Shown here: one piece after another, positions 27,872 to 39,668 of the stretch
How positions within the stretch are numbered: position 1 is the first letter of the stretch
How the letters are laid out: the number at the start of each line of letters is the position of its first letter
Assembly (NCBI GenBank): GCA_965221595.1
Contig: OZ244900.1
Span: 1,190,687-1,254,686 of the forward strand
DNA from: Vicinamibacterales bacterium
Lineage (GTDB): Bacteria > Acidobacteriota > Vicinamibacteria > Vicinamibacterales > UBA8438
DNA length: 64,000 nucleotides
Direction of reading: 5' to 3'
The notes under the pieces: generated by a model
Seen by the model: the letters and a program-made list of their open reading frames with translations, nothing else
Databases searched by the model: none
What the model was told of the DNA's origin: nothing
Position numbers and translations under genes: made by a program

Positions 27872-29443
27872 TCAGCTGCCGGCCGCCGCGGCGCGCTCGC
27901 GCGCGATCAGCTCGCGCCGCAGGATCTTGCCCGAAGGCACCTTTGGGATGGCGTCGATGAACTCGACGCGCCGCACCTTCTTGTAGGGCGCGACGTGCTC
28001 GGCGACATGCGCCATGATCTCGTCGGCCGTGACGGCGGCGTCCGGCTTCACGACGACGAAGGCCTTGGGCACCTCGCCGGCGTCCTCGTCGGGGCTCGGA
28101 ACGACGGCTGCGTCGGCCACCGCCGGATGCGCCTGCACGACCGCCTCGATCTCGGCCGGCGCCACCTGCAGGCCCTTGTACTTGATGAGCTCCTTCACGC
28201 GGTCGACGACGTACAGGTAGCCGTCCGCGTCGGCCCGGCCGATGTCGCCGGTGCGCAGCCAGCCCGCATCGTCGATCATGGCCCGCGTGGCCTCGGGGTT
28301 GTGCAGATAACCCTTCATGACCTGCGGTCCACGCACCCGAATCTCGCCCAGCTCGCCCGTCGGCGCGTCCTCGCCGGTCGCCAGGTCGACCACGCGGAAG
28401 GTAGTGCCGGGCGCCGCGGGGCCGACCGACGTGATCTTGATTTCCCGATCGCGCGGCGTGAAGTGGGTCACCGGACTCGTCTCGGTCAGGCCGTAGCCCT
28501 GCCGCACCGAGATGTTGTTGCGCGCGGCGCAGGCCCGGGCCACCGACTCGGCCAGCGGCGCGGCTCCCGACAGGACATCGGTCAGCGAGGACAGGTCGTA
28601 GTTGTCCACCGCCGGATGTTTGGCCAGCGCGAGGACGATGGGCGGAACGAGGTAGCCCTTCGTTACTCGATGTTTCTGCACCAGCTCGAGGAACTGCTCG
28701 AGGTCGAAGCGCGGCATCGTGATCACCGTGGCTCCCACGCGGAGCACGCCGCTCATGATCACGACCATGCCGTAGATGTGATAGAAGGGCAGAATGCCGA
28801 TGAAGACTTCCTTCTCCGTGAGCCGCTCCACGGCATCGGTCTGGACGACATTGGCCACCAGGTTGTAGTGGGTGAGCATGACGCCCTTCGGCATGCCGGT
28901 CGTCCCGCTGGAGTAGGGCAGCGCCACCAGATCCTCGCGGGCGTCGATGGACACGTCCGGCGGCGGGTCGGACGCCAGCAGCGCCGCGAACGGCGTGGCG
29001 CCCTCGGCCTCGCCGAACACGAACACTTCCGCGACGGCGGTGCCCTGTGCGGCTTCGCGCGCCTTCTCCAACAGCGGCGGGACCGTCACCAGGAACCTGG
29101 CGTCCGAGTCGACGAGCTGCCGCCGCAGCTCCGCCGGCGTGTAGAGCGGGTTGATAGTCGTGACGACGCCCCCGGCGGTGGCGATGCCGAAGAAGGCGAC
29201 CGCGTACTCCGGCAGGTTGGGGCTGTAGATGGCGAAGACGTCGCCCTTGCCGAATCCGCGCGCCGCAAGTCCCGCCGCCACGGCGCGCGTCGCGCCGCGG
29301 AGCTGCCCGTACGTGAGGGTCCGGTCGGTGGGCCCGTCGATCAGCGCCGGCTTGTCGGGCCAGCGGTCGGCGAGCTCGAACACGTGGTCCTGCAGCGGGA
29401 CCTCCGGGATCTCCACGTCGGGGAACGGACTGCGGTAGATCAT
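27872..29443 (-). CDS. AMP-dependent CoA ligase (4-coumarate/long-chain acyl-CoA ligase-like)
   Basis: LPYSSGTTGMPKGVMLTH, GYGLTETS, GWLRTGD, DRVKELIKYKGLQVAPAE, IPKVPSGKILRR. Confidence 0.9.
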   Translation of the reverse strand: MIYRSPFPDVEIPEVPLQDHVFELADRWPDKPALIDGPTDRTLTYGQLRGATRAVAAGLAARGFGKGDVFAIYSPNLPEYAVAFFGIATAGGVVTTINPLYTPAELRRQLVDSDARFLVTVPPLLEKAREAAQGTAVAEVFVFGEAEGATPFAALLASDPPPDVSIDAREDLVALPYSSGTTGMPKGVMLTHYNLVANVVQTDAVERLTEKEVFIGILPFYHIYGMVVIMSGVLRVGATVITMPRFDLEQFLELVQKHRVTKGYLVPPIVLALAKHPAVDNYDLSSLTDVLSGAAPLAESVARACAARNNISVRQGYGLTETSPVTHFTPRDREIKITSVGPAAPGTTFRVVDLATGEDAPTGELGEIRVRGPQVMKGYLHNPEATRAMIDDAGWLRTGDIGRADADGYLYVVDRVKELIKYKGLQVAPAEIEAVVQAHPAVADAAVVPSPDEDAGEVPKAFVVVKPDAAVTADEIMAHVAEHVAPYKKVRRVEFIDAIPKVPSGKILRRELIARERAAAAGS

Positions 29444-29447
29444 GGCG

Positions 29448-29741
29448 TCAGTTGCCCCGCGGGAAGATGGGCTTGGTCTCGATGACGTCGTAACTGTCGA
29501 ACAGGCCGTGGACGACGTACGGATCCTCTGCGTACGTGCTCCGTGCGGCCTCGAGGTCGTCCGCTTCCACGATGATGAGGCTGCCTCCCATCTCGCCCTT
29601 TTCGTTCAGCAGCGGCCCGCCGTACCGCAGCCGGCCCGCCGCATCCAGCCGGGCCATGTGCTCGAGGTGCGCGGGGCGGTGCTTCTTGCGGTGCTCGAGC
29701 CCGTTCGGGCGGTCGCGTGCGATCAAGGCAAACCAGGGCAT
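29448..29741 (-). CDS. YciI-like small protein
   Basis: 97 aa: MPWFALIARDRPNGLEHRKKHRPAHLEHMARLDAAGRLRYGGPLL...DPYVVHGLF. The stop lies 4 nt before the CoA-ligase start. The listed 408-aa ORF is an upstream shadow extension. Confidence 0.75.
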   Translation of the reverse strand: MPWFALIARDRPNGLEHRKKHRPAHLEHMARLDAAGRLRYGGPLLNEKGEMGGSLIIVEADDLEAARSTYAEDPYVVHGLFDSYDVIETKPIFPRGN

Positions 29742-29812
29742 CGGGATAGTTCTCCTGCGCTTTCGGGCGCGGCGCGGCACGAATATCCGGTGGCCGCGAT
29801 GGTCCCGGCATT

Positions 29813-31165
29813 CTATGCCAGAACCGCGCCGGGCAGCACGCCGTTGGCCAGGATGTCGCGGAGCGCCTCCGCGAGCCGGTCGACCTGCGCTTCCGTGTTG
29901 TAGTGGTGGGTCGACACGCGCACCGTGTTCAGCCCGAGGTCGGTGTGCCGCACCCAGATGTGGTGGCGGCGCCACAACGTGTCGACGACCTCGCGACGGT
30001 CGAAACCCTCGAGCGCGAAGCCGGTGAGGCCGCACGCGAGCTGCGTGTGCACCGAGGTGTGGACGCGCACCTGCGGAATCTCGGCCAGCCGCTCGCGGAG
30101 TCGGCGGGCGAGGGCGCGGACGCGACTTTCGATCCGCTGCCGGCCGATGGTGCTCTGGAAATCCAGGGCCGCCGAGGTCGCCATCAGCAGCGGCCCGGCC
30201 CGCTGGCCGAGCCGGTCGTAGCGCGCGGCGGCGCGTTCCGCCTCGTCCCAGCCCGTGTTGGCCACGGTGGGCCAGAGCCGCGCCTGCGACTGCTGCCGCA
30301 CGTAGAGGAACCCGGTCCCGACCGGTGCGCCCAGCCACTTGTAGGGACTCGACGCGTAGAAGTCGATGCCCAGGTCGTGCATGTCTAGCGTCAGCATGCC
30401 GATGGCGTGGGCACCGTCCACCGCGGTCAGAATCCCGCGCGGCGCGGCCAGCGCCGCCAGCGCCTTCACCGGCAGCATGCAGCCGGTGGGAAACGTCACA
30501 TGGCTGACGCTGATCACCTTGGTGCGCGGGGTGATCGCCTCCTCGAAACGGCCCGCGATGTCCGCCGGATCCGGGGTGGGAACCGGGAAGGGCAGCTCGC
30601 GAACCACGATGCCCCGGCGCCGCGCCAGCAACTTCCATGGCTCGAGGCCCCCGGGATGCTCGTGGAACGAGCACAGCACCTCGTCGCCGGCCGTCAGATC
30701 GAGGCCGTTGGCGATGAAGCTCATGCCCTCGGTGGTGTTGCGCGTCAGCGCGATCTCGGCGGGATCGGCATGGACGAACGCGGCGAATTTTTCCCGCAGC
30801 TCGGTCTGTGCGGCCACGTGCCGCGCGTTCTCCCGGCCCGGGTCGGCGGCCAGCCCCCGATAGCCGTCCACGAGGGTGTAGTAGACCGGCTTCGGCAGCG
30901 GACCGAGGCTGCCGCTGTTCATGTAGGCGAGCTCTTCCGAGGTCAGGAACTCGCCGCGCACCCGCGCCCAGAAGTCGGCCTCGGACAGGTCACCGTCCTG
31001 GGCCGCTGCGACGGCCGCGATGCCGGCCCGCGCCGCGTCCGGCGCGAGCGGGCGCCCGACGGCGGCGCCGGCGGTCGCCGCGGCGGCCGCGCGGAGAAAC
31101 AGGCGGCGGGAGACGCCCGTCGGGGTCCCCGGTTCGCGGCTGGCGTCCATCTCGTCGATCGGCAT
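29813..31165 (-). CDS. class V aminotransferase / cysteine desulfurase-like PLP enzyme with a Tat signal
   Basis: SRRLFLRAAAAATAGAAVG is a twin-arginine signal. AVDGAHAIG and SSPYKWLGAPVGTGFLY (PLP-lysine block). Confidence 0.75.
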   Translation of the reverse strand: MPIDEMDASREPGTPTGVSRRLFLRAAAAATAGAAVGRPLAPDAARAGIAAVAAAQDGDLSEADFWARVRGEFLTSEELAYMNSGSLGPLPKPVYYTLVDGYRGLAADPGRENARHVAAQTELREKFAAFVHADPAEIALTRNTTEGMSFIANGLDLTAGDEVLCSFHEHPGGLEPWKLLARRRGIVVRELPFPVPTPDPADIAGRFEEAITPRTKVISVSHVTFPTGCMLPVKALAALAAPRGILTAVDGAHAIGMLTLDMHDLGIDFYASSPYKWLGAPVGTGFLYVRQQSQARLWPTVANTGWDEAERAAARYDRLGQRAGPLLMATSAALDFQSTIGRQRIESRVRALARRLRERLAEIPQVRVHTSVHTQLACGLTGFALEGFDRREVVDTLWRRHHIWVRHTDLGLNTVRVSTHHYNTEAQVDRLAEALRDILANGVLPGAVLA

Positions 31166-31192
31166 GGAAGCTCCTTGCTTGCAGTGCCCACT

Positions 31193-32524
31193 ATGCGCCG
31201 CCCGGCCGCCCCGGTCAATCCCGCAAGCGCGGGTTCAAGCTATGATGGCGCCTTGTCCGACCGTCACCGCAGCGCGCGGCCGATCGCCGCCTGGTGCCTG
31301 TACGACTGGGCCAACTCGGCGTTCACCACGCTCGTCGTCAGCTTCATCTATTCCGCCTACTTCAGCAACGCCTTCGGCGACGACCCGGGCCACGGCACGG
31401 CTCTCTGGTCTCGAGGCATCACGGTGAGCGCGCTGGCCATCGCCGCGCTGGCGCCCATTGCCGGTGCGCTGGCCGACCGGGGCGGCCGGCGCCGCTACCT
31501 CGTGCTGTGCTCGCTGCTCTGCGTGGTGGCCACGGCGGCGCTGACCTTCGTGACGCCCGGGCAGCCGCATGCCGTCGTCACCGCGCTCGCCCTGTTCGTC
31601 GTGGCCAACGTGGCCTTCGAGATCGGCTTGGTGTTCTACAACGCGTTCCTGCCGGGCCTCGCCGAGCCGGAACGCATCGGGCGCATCTCGGGCTACGCCT
31701 GGGGGCTCGGCTACGGCGGCGGGCTGGCCGCGCTCGTGGTGGCGCTCGTGGTCTTCGTGCCCGAGACGCCGCTGTTCGGCATCAGCACAGCGGAGGGCTT
31801 CAATCTGCGGGCCACGAACCTGCTCGTGGCCGGCTGGTTCCTGGTATTCGCTTTGCCCGCCTTCCTGCGCCTGAAGGACGAGTCCGCCGCGGCCGGCCGG
31901 CTCAGCGTGCGGCGCGCCTTCGCCGACTTGGCGGTCACGCTGCGCCAGTTGCGGCGCTACCGACAGGTGGGGCTCTTCCTGCTGGCACGGCTGTTCTACA
32001 ACGACGGTCTCGTAACGATCTTCGCCTTCGGCGGCATCTACGCGGTGGGCACGTTCGGGTTCAGCTTCGCGGAGCTGGTCACGTTCGGCATCGTCATCAA
32101 CGTCGGCGCCGGGCTGGGGGCGCTGGCCTTCGGGTTCGTCGACGACCGCATCGGCGGCAAGGCGACCGTGGGCGTCAGCGTGGCGGCGCTCGCGGCAGCC
32201 ACCGCGCTGGGTGCGCTGGCGCCGACAGCCGCCTGGTTCTGGGTGGCTGCCATCCTGGTGGGCATCTTCGCCGGCTCGAACCAGTCGGCCAGCCGCTCGC
32301 TGATGGCCCGCTTCGTGCCCCGCAGCCGCGAGTCGGAGTTCTTCGGCTTCTTCGCGTTCTCGGGCAAGGTGACGTCGTTTCTGGGCCCCGCGCTGCTGGG
32401 CGTGTTGAGCGACCTCTACAGCCAGCGCGTCGGCATCGCCAGCCTGCTGGTCTTCTTCCTCCTCGGCGGCGTGCTGCTGTGGCGCGTGGACGAGCGGCAG
32501 GCCATCGCCGCCGCCGCCCGGTGA
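31193..32524 (+). CDS. MFS transporter, UMF1 (Atg22-like) family
   Basis: AAWCLYDWANSAFTTLVVSFIYSAYF is the family N-terminal signature, followed by about 12 TM segments. Start is uncertain (ATG 31193 or TTG 31253). Confidence 0.8.
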   Translation: MRRPAAPVNPASAGSSYDGALSDRHRSARPIAAWCLYDWANSAFTTLVVSFIYSAYFSNAFGDDPGHGTALWSRGITVSALAIAALAPIAGALADRGGRRRYLVLCSLLCVVATAALTFVTPGQPHAVVTALALFVVANVAFEIGLVFYNAFLPGLAEPERIGRISGYAWGLGYGGGLAALVVALVVFVPETPLFGISTAEGFNLRATNLLVAGWFLVFALPAFLRLKDESAAAGRLSVRRAFADLAVTLRQLRRYRQVGLFLLARLFYNDGLVTIFAFGGIYAVGTFGFSFAELVTFGIVINVGAGLGALAFGFVDDRIGGKATVGVSVAALAAATALGALAPTAAWFWVAAILVGIFAGSNQSASRSLMARFVPRSRESEFFGFFAFSGKVTSFLGPALLGVLSDLYSQRVGIASLLVFFLLGGVLLWRVDERQAIAAAAR

Positions 32525-32563
32525 TAGAGTTAGGAAAGAACCTTGCTTGCAGGGGAGGAGCTC

Positions 32564-33331
32564 ATGAAGGCCGTCAACAGCCAGTCGTTCCGCGTGCTGC
32601 TGGTCCTGATCCTGGGCCTGGGTCTCGTGCCCGCGGCGCACGCCCAGGAAACCGAGTGGATGCAGGTCGACATCGTGAACGTCGTGCCCAACCGGCTGGA
32701 CGACTACGTCGAGCTGCAGCTCGAAGAGGTGAATCCCACCTTGCAGCGGGCGGGAGTACCTTGGCGCTCGGTGTGGCGCGTGGCCGAGTTCGGCAACAGC
32801 TACGAGTTGCAGCTCGTGACGCCCATGACCAGTCTGGCGCAGTACGACACCGGCGGACCGCTGGCGCGGGTACTCGAGCCCGACCGGCGCCTGCGCCTCG
32901 TCGACCGCCTGCGGCGCATGACGGTCTCCCGCAAACGCTACGCCATCCGCTACCGACCCGACGTCAGCGTCGAGGCGGACGAGGTGGGCGGGCTGTCGCT
33001 GGCGCGCGTCACCGCCGTGGAGGTCGCGCCCGGCCGCGGCGCGGAGTGGGAACGGTTCATGGCCTCCAGCCTGCCGGCGTTCTCCGGTGCGAACCTCGTC
33101 TTCGGCGTGTACGAGCGGGTGTTCGGTCCGGGACCGGCGTCGTGGCTGATCGTCGAGAACTACGCGAGCTTCGCCCAACTGGAACAGCCCTCGCTGCTGG
33201 TCCGGGCCTTCGGCGAAGAGGCCGACGCCGCCAGTGCGCGCCTGGCCGGCGTCGTGACGTCCATTGAGCGCACGGTGCTACGCTACGACGCCGAGCTCAG
33301 CTACGCGGCCATCCCCGTCAGCCGCCGCTAG
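32564..33331 (+). CDS. hypothetical exported protein
   Basis: GGGGAGGAG upstream of ATG 32564. Signal peptide MKAVNSQSFRVLLVLILGLGLVPAAHAQ. The two halves have similar layout and may be tandem ferredoxin-like domains. Confidence 0.5.
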   Translation: MKAVNSQSFRVLLVLILGLGLVPAAHAQETEWMQVDIVNVVPNRLDDYVELQLEEVNPTLQRAGVPWRSVWRVAEFGNSYELQLVTPMTSLAQYDTGGPLARVLEPDRRLRLVDRLRRMTVSRKRYAIRYRPDVSVEADEVGGLSLARVTAVEVAPGRGAEWERFMASSLPAFSGANLVFGVYERVFGPGPASWLIVENYASFAQLEQPSLLVRAFGEEADAASARLAGVVTSIERTVLRYDAELSYAAIPVSRR

Positions 33332-33342
33332 GATTCCATCCC

Positions 33343-33684
33343 ATGCCATACTCGTTCTATCAGATCGCGCATCTGTTCTCCGTGATGCTGCTGGCCGGCG
33401 TCACGTTCGCGGCGCTGGCCGCGCCCCGGCCCGAGAACCGCCGCCTGGCCCTGATCGGCTCGGGCATCGCCGCCGCGGTGGTGCTCGTGAGCGGATTCGG
33501 GATGCTGGGGCTCGGCCGCTTCGGCTTCCCGGGCTGGGTGTTCGTCAAGATCGCGGCCTGGATCGCGCTGGCCGCGCTCACCGGCCTCGCCTTCCGCCGG
33601 CCGGGGGAGGGCCCGGTCCTGGCCGGCGTCGCCGTCCTGGCCCTGCTGGTCTCGATCGTCGTGGTCGTGTTGAAGCCTTTCTGA
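33343..33684 (+). CDS. small four-TM membrane protein
   Basis: 113 aa, four hydrophobic helices, 11 nt after the preceding stop. Confidence 0.55.
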   Translation: MPYSFYQIAHLFSVMLLAGVTFAALAAPRPENRRLALIGSGIAAAVVLVSGFGMLGLGRFGFPGWVFVKIAAWIALAALTGLAFRRPGEGPVLAGVAVLALLVSIVVVVLKPF

Positions 33685-33727
33685 CGTAGCGCGGTCAGGA
33701 CCGGACCGCGAGCGACTCGCACGTCGG

Positions 33728-34810
33728 CTACAACAGCGCCAGTCCCTTCGCGGCCAGCCGCTGCACCCGCTCGCCGAGCGCGGCGAAGCGGGCGTCGCGC
33801 GTCTGCCCGCGCCGGAAGCGGACGTGGATCTGCTCCAGCACCACGGCCAGCTTGAAGACCCCGAATACGTGATACCAGTGCGCATGCTCGACATCGAAAC
33901 CCGTGAACCGGGCGTAGCGCTCCACGAGCTCGCGGCGCGTGGGTAGTCCCGGCGCGCAGCCCGGCGACGGGCTCAGGCCGCGCCAGGACGGGTCGTCGTC
34001 CGGGTCGTTCCAGCAGTTGAGCAGGTAGCCCAAGTCCATCAGCGGGTCGCCGCGGGTGCACATGTCCCAGTCGAGCACGGCCACGGCGGTGGCCGGATCG
34101 GCCGCGTCCACCAGGACGTTCTCGATCTGGTAGTCGTTGTGCACCAGCGTGGCGGCCTGCTGCGGCGGCAGCCCGCGCCGCAGCCACGCAGCGAGCCGGT
34201 CGACCGCCGGCAGATCACGGCCGGTCGCCGCCCAGCGTGCGGTCCAGCCCGCGAGCTGGCGCGTCACGTAGCCGTCGGGCCGACCGAGGTCGTCGAGGCC
34301 CACGGCCCGCGGCTCCACGCGGTGCAGCGCCGCCAGGCTGTCGACCAGCGTCTGGCCGAGGCGCCTGGCCAGCGCGGCATCGGCCGCGACGTCCGGCGGC
34401 AGCCCGCGGCGAATGACGAAGCCATGCCGGCGTTCCATCACGTGGAAGTCCGCGCCGATGACGGCCGGATCGTCGCACAGCGCATAGCTGGTCGGGGCCA
34501 GGGGGTAGCGGGCGCCGAGCCGGGCCAGCACCCGGTGCTCACGTCGCATGTCGTGCGCCGTCGGCGCCAGCAAGCCCAGCGGCGGCCGCCGCAGCACGTA
34601 CTCGCGATCACCGAACCGCACCAGATACGTCAGGTTGGCGTGGCCACCGCCGAACTGCCAAACCGTCAGGGCGCCGTCGGCGGCGGGCAGCTGCGCGCGC
34701 AGCCAGGGTTCGAGCCGGCCGAGGTCGAGTCCTTCGTCGGGACGGACGTCGATCAGCTCCGAGGGGCGCGGCGGCTGGACGGCCACGGGCCTATAATAGG
34801 CCCCTTCCAC
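33728..34810 (-). CDS. APH-like phosphotransferase (ACAD10/11- and LvaA-type kinase family)
   Basis: GGHANLTYLV, VLRRPP, catalytic HNDYQIENVLV and VLDWDMCTRGDPLMDLG. GTG start at 34810. Confidence 0.8.
   Translation of the reverse strand: MEGAYYRPVAVQPPRPSELIDVRPDEGLDLGRLEPWLRAQLPAADGALTVWQFGGGHANLTYLVRFGDREYVLRRPPLGLLAPTAHDMRREHRVLARLGARYPLAPTSYALCDDPAVIGADFHVMERRHGFVIRRGLPPDVAADAALARRLGQTLVDSLAALHRVEPRAVGLDDLGRPDGYVTRQLAGWTARWAATGRDLPAVDRLAAWLRRGLPPQQAATLVHNDYQIENVLVDAADPATAVAVLDWDMCTRGDPLMDLGYLLNCWNDPDDDPSWRGLSPSPGCAPGLPTRRELVERYARFTGFDVEHAHWYHVFGVFKLAVVLEQIHVRFRRGQTRDARFAALGERVQRLAAKGLALL
34792..34797 (+). promoter_or_regulatory. TATAAT -10 candidate for the MaoC-like gene
   Basis: Perfect TATAAT 36 nt upstream of ATG 34834, in a short low-GC patch (ggcctataataggcc). 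Confidence 0.25.
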
Positions 34811-34833
34811 GGTACCGGCGGCGGGGGTGCACG

Positions 34834-35292
34834 ATGCGAACGGTGCAGGGTCTGAGCGAGCTGGAGGGGCTGGTCGGCAGCGAGCTGGGCACGAGCGGCT
34901 GGCTGCTCATCACGCAGGCAATGGTCGATACGTTCTCGGACGTGACCGGCGACCACCAATGGATCCATCTCGACGCGGAGCGCGCCGCGCGCGAGCTGCC
35001 CGGCGGTCGGCCAATCGTGCAGGGGTTCTTTACCCTGTCGCTGGTCGTGCGGTTCCGCGACGAGATCCTCGACCTCAGGGGCGTGCGGCGCACCATCAAC
35101 TACGGCCTGAACCGGGTGCGCTTCGTCAGTCCGGTGGCGGTCGGTACGCGCGTGCGCGGCACCGAGACACTGCTCGCCGCCGAACGCGTGCAGCCCGACG
35201 CGCTGCGCCTGACCAGCGCATGCGTCGTCACCGCGGAGGGTGCGGACAGGCCGGCCTGCGTTGCGGAGTTCGTCACGCTCGCCTACGCGTGA
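34834..35292 (+). CDS. MaoC-like (R)-specific enoyl-CoA hydratase / hot-dog dehydratase
   Basis: 152 aa. FSDVTGDHQWIHLDAERA...PIVQGFFTLSLV is the MaoC hot-dog signature. Confidence 0.85.
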   Translation: MRTVQGLSELEGLVGSELGTSGWLLITQAMVDTFSDVTGDHQWIHLDAERAARELPGGRPIVQGFFTLSLVVRFRDEILDLRGVRRTINYGLNRVRFVSPVAVGTRVRGTETLLAAERVQPDALRLTSACVVTAEGADRPACVAEFVTLAYA

Positions 35293-35344
35293 GCCGGGCG
35301 CCCGCCGTATTCCTCGCCGCCGCGCGGTCCTGCGCCGAGCGGTC

Positions 35345-36565
<1,221 letters not shown>

Positions 36566-36569
36566 GGCG

Positions 36570-37841
36570 TCACTCCGCGGCCAGGTAGGGGATGGTCTGC
36601 GGCCCCTCGGGCAGGGCGCACAGGCGCGCCGCCGGCCCGGCCCGATCGAGCTGCTCGCGCACGGTCGTCGCGACGTCGTCGACGGGGACGAGGTGCGCCG
36701 CACGCACCGCGTCGGGCGAGAGACCGTCGGCCTTGAGGAAGACCCGCGCGCGCTGCTGGATCTGCGCCTGGATCTGCACCTCCCACTGGTCGTGCCGGTT
36801 GTGGCCCGGCGCGCAGATCATCTCCAGCAGCGCCGCCGGCGAATCGCGTGCCGCGAGGATGTCGCCGTACTCGCCGTGCGCGGGCAGACCTTCCGCGCAC
36901 TCCGCCGCGCACACGATGGCGCCGCCCGGCTTGACGACCTGCGCTGCCGCCGAGAGCCCCTTGACGGTCTGGTACAGGTTCTGGTCGAGGGGATAGCCGC
37001 TGTTGGTGGTCACCACGACGTCGAACGGGGCCGCGAAGGCCTGCATGGCGCTCTGCTTCACGCGCGCGGCCAGGGTGCGGTGGACCGCGAAAATCTCGCC
37101 CGCGGCGACGCTCGTGATCCTCCGGTCGCGATTGATGGCGACATCCACGCTGAAGTGGACGCCGACGTGGGCGGCGATGCGCCGGATGGCCTCGTGGATG
37201 GGGTTGCCCTCGGTCACGCCCCACGTGGCGCGCGGGCTGGCGATCATCTCCGCGTCGTGGAGCCGCATGGTCGTCCGAAAGCCGGCCAGCCCGGGGGCCA
37301 CCAGCTTGGGACCGCCGCTGAAGCCGGCGAAGAAGTGCGGCTCGACGAAGCCGGTGGTGATGCGCACGTCGGCCTCCACCCAGAGCCGGTTGAGCCAGAC
37401 CGGCACGCGCGGCTCGACCTCGCCCAGGTAGACGAGATCCGCCTCGTCGAACGCACTGTGGTTCACCACGCGGTAGCGGTCGACGATGGGTGCGCCGAGC
37501 ATTTCGACCAGCTCGTCGCGATCATTGGCGCGGTGCGTGCCGGTGGCGATGAGGATGACGATGCGCTCGTCGGGCACGTGCGCCAGCTCGCCGAGCAGCA
37601 CCGGCAGCAGCGTGCGGCTGGGCATCGGCCGGGTGATGTCGCATACCGAGACGGCGACCGTCCGGCTGCTGTCGACCAGTGCGGCCAGCGGCGGCGAGCC
37701 CAGCGGCGCCCGCAGCGCCTGCCGGATGGCGGCGACCTCGTCCGGCAGGCCGGCGACGTAGGTGGGTTCGAGGACCGTGGTGCGGTCGTCGGGCAGGTCG
37801 ACCGGCAGCCGGCCCCGGCCGTACGCGAGCTGGACGTTCAC
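36570..37841 (-). CDS. LarA-like (DUF2088) nickel-pincer-dependent racemase/epimerase homologue
   Basis: 423 aa, GTG start. [40 protein letters not shown] and [18 protein letters not shown] match lactate-racemase-family blocks. Confidence 0.75.
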   Translation of the reverse strand: MNVQLAYGRGRLPVDLPDDRTTVLEPTYVAGLPDEVAAIRQALRAPLGSPPLAALVDSSRTVAVSVCDITRPMPSRTLLPVLLGELAHVPDERIVILIATGTHRANDRDELVEMLGAPIVDRYRVVNHSAFDEADLVYLGEVEPRVPVWLNRLWVEADVRITTGFVEPHFFAGFSGGPKLVAPGLAGFRTTMRLHDAEMIASPRATWGVTEGNPIHEAIRRIAAHVGVHFSVDVAINRDRRITSVAAGEIFAVHRTLAARVKQSAMQAFAAPFDVVVTTNSGYPLDQNLYQTVKGLSAAAQVVKPGGAIVCAAECAEGLPAHGEYGDILAARDSPAALLEMICAPGHNRHDQWEVQIQAQIQQRARVFLKADGLSPDAVRAAHLVPVDDVATTVREQLDRAGPAARLCALPEGPQTIPYLAAE

Positions 37842-37860
37842 GCGGGGATCATAACCCCGG

Positions 37861-37889
37861 CTGAACCCCCACCGGCCGGCGGGGTTCAG
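37861..37889 (-). other. 9-bp perfect stem-loop overlapping the UGSC-A stop codon, in the 44-nt gap before the LarA-like start
   Basis: CTGAACCCC-(11 nt)-GGGGTTCAG. There is no U-tract after it on the mRNA strand, so it is not a classical terminator. Confidence 0.5.
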
Positions 37890-38449
37890 CCCGCGCCGCC
37901 TGTCAGCACGCGCCGGACGCCGGCCCCGGCCGCAACGGCGCGGGCGGCGATCTCATCGGCGCTCAGCGTGCTCAGCGGATGCGTGATGACGACCGGTTCG
38001 AGATCCTCCGCACCGAGCGCCGCCTGCTGGACGCGGGCCTCGCGCAGGAAGGCGTCCGTGACGATGACCGCCGTCGGGATCCCCCGCCCTTCCAGCGCGA
38101 CCGCGTCGTGCAGACTGCACGACGTGCAGGAGCCTCAATCGCCGATGGCCGTGACGACTGCGTCGGTCTCCGAGGCAATGCGGTCGAGCAGTTCGGACGA
38201 CGCCGGACGCGAGAAGCTCGACTTCGCGTAGACCCGGACGGCGTCGAACGTCAGGCCGGCTTGCAGCTCGCTGACGACCCGCCGCAGCAGCTTCGACGCG
38301 TTCCACTTCGTGTTGTCGAGGACGCCGAGGCGCAGGCCGTCCAGCGACGCCGGACGGGGTGCCAGGGCGCGCGGTTCGGCGCTGACCGTGCCCCGCGGGT
38401 CGTACACGATGCGTCCGTCCGGCAGGCGCCGCTCGCTCGCTCCCGGCAT
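37886..38449 (-). CDS. UGSC-motif selenoprotein A (in-frame TGA = Sec at 38135-38137)
   Basis: The track shows an ORF ending ...DAVVTAIGD at TGA 38135-38137. The same frame continues [55 protein letters not shown]... to TGA at 37886. ATG 38449 has GGAGG 7 nt upstream. The paralogue at 47746..48279 has its TGA at the identical aligned position, and a conserved hairpin begins 11 nt after the TGA. Confidence 0.75.
38105..38123 (-). promoter_or_regulatory. candidate bacterial SECIS hairpin for UGSC-A
   Basis: The mRNA reads UGA-11 nt-GUCGUGCA-GUC-UGCACGAC (8-bp stem, G/U-containing loop). The same architecture is present at the paralogous locus. Confidence 0.55.
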
Positions 38450-38552
38450 GGTCGTGCCTCCAGTCTGACGCAAGGCGGCGGCTCGGTGCAATGTCCGCGG
38501 TTTGCTGATACCCTGCCCCGGGGCGCCGGCCGGCGCGGGGGAGGGTTTCTCC

Positions 38553-39664
<1,112 letters not shown>

Positions 39665-39668
<4 letters not shown>

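Noticed and set aside
38135-38137. Reading the TGAs at 38135 and 47992 as nonsense mutations or pseudogenes, or as two separate small genes
   Set aside because: Both paralogues have the stop at the same aligned residue within a conserved D-x-GSCTSC redox motif. Coding signal and homology continue downstream in frame. A conserved hairpin follows at SECIS-like spacing. The downstream pieces lack their own SD and start context.
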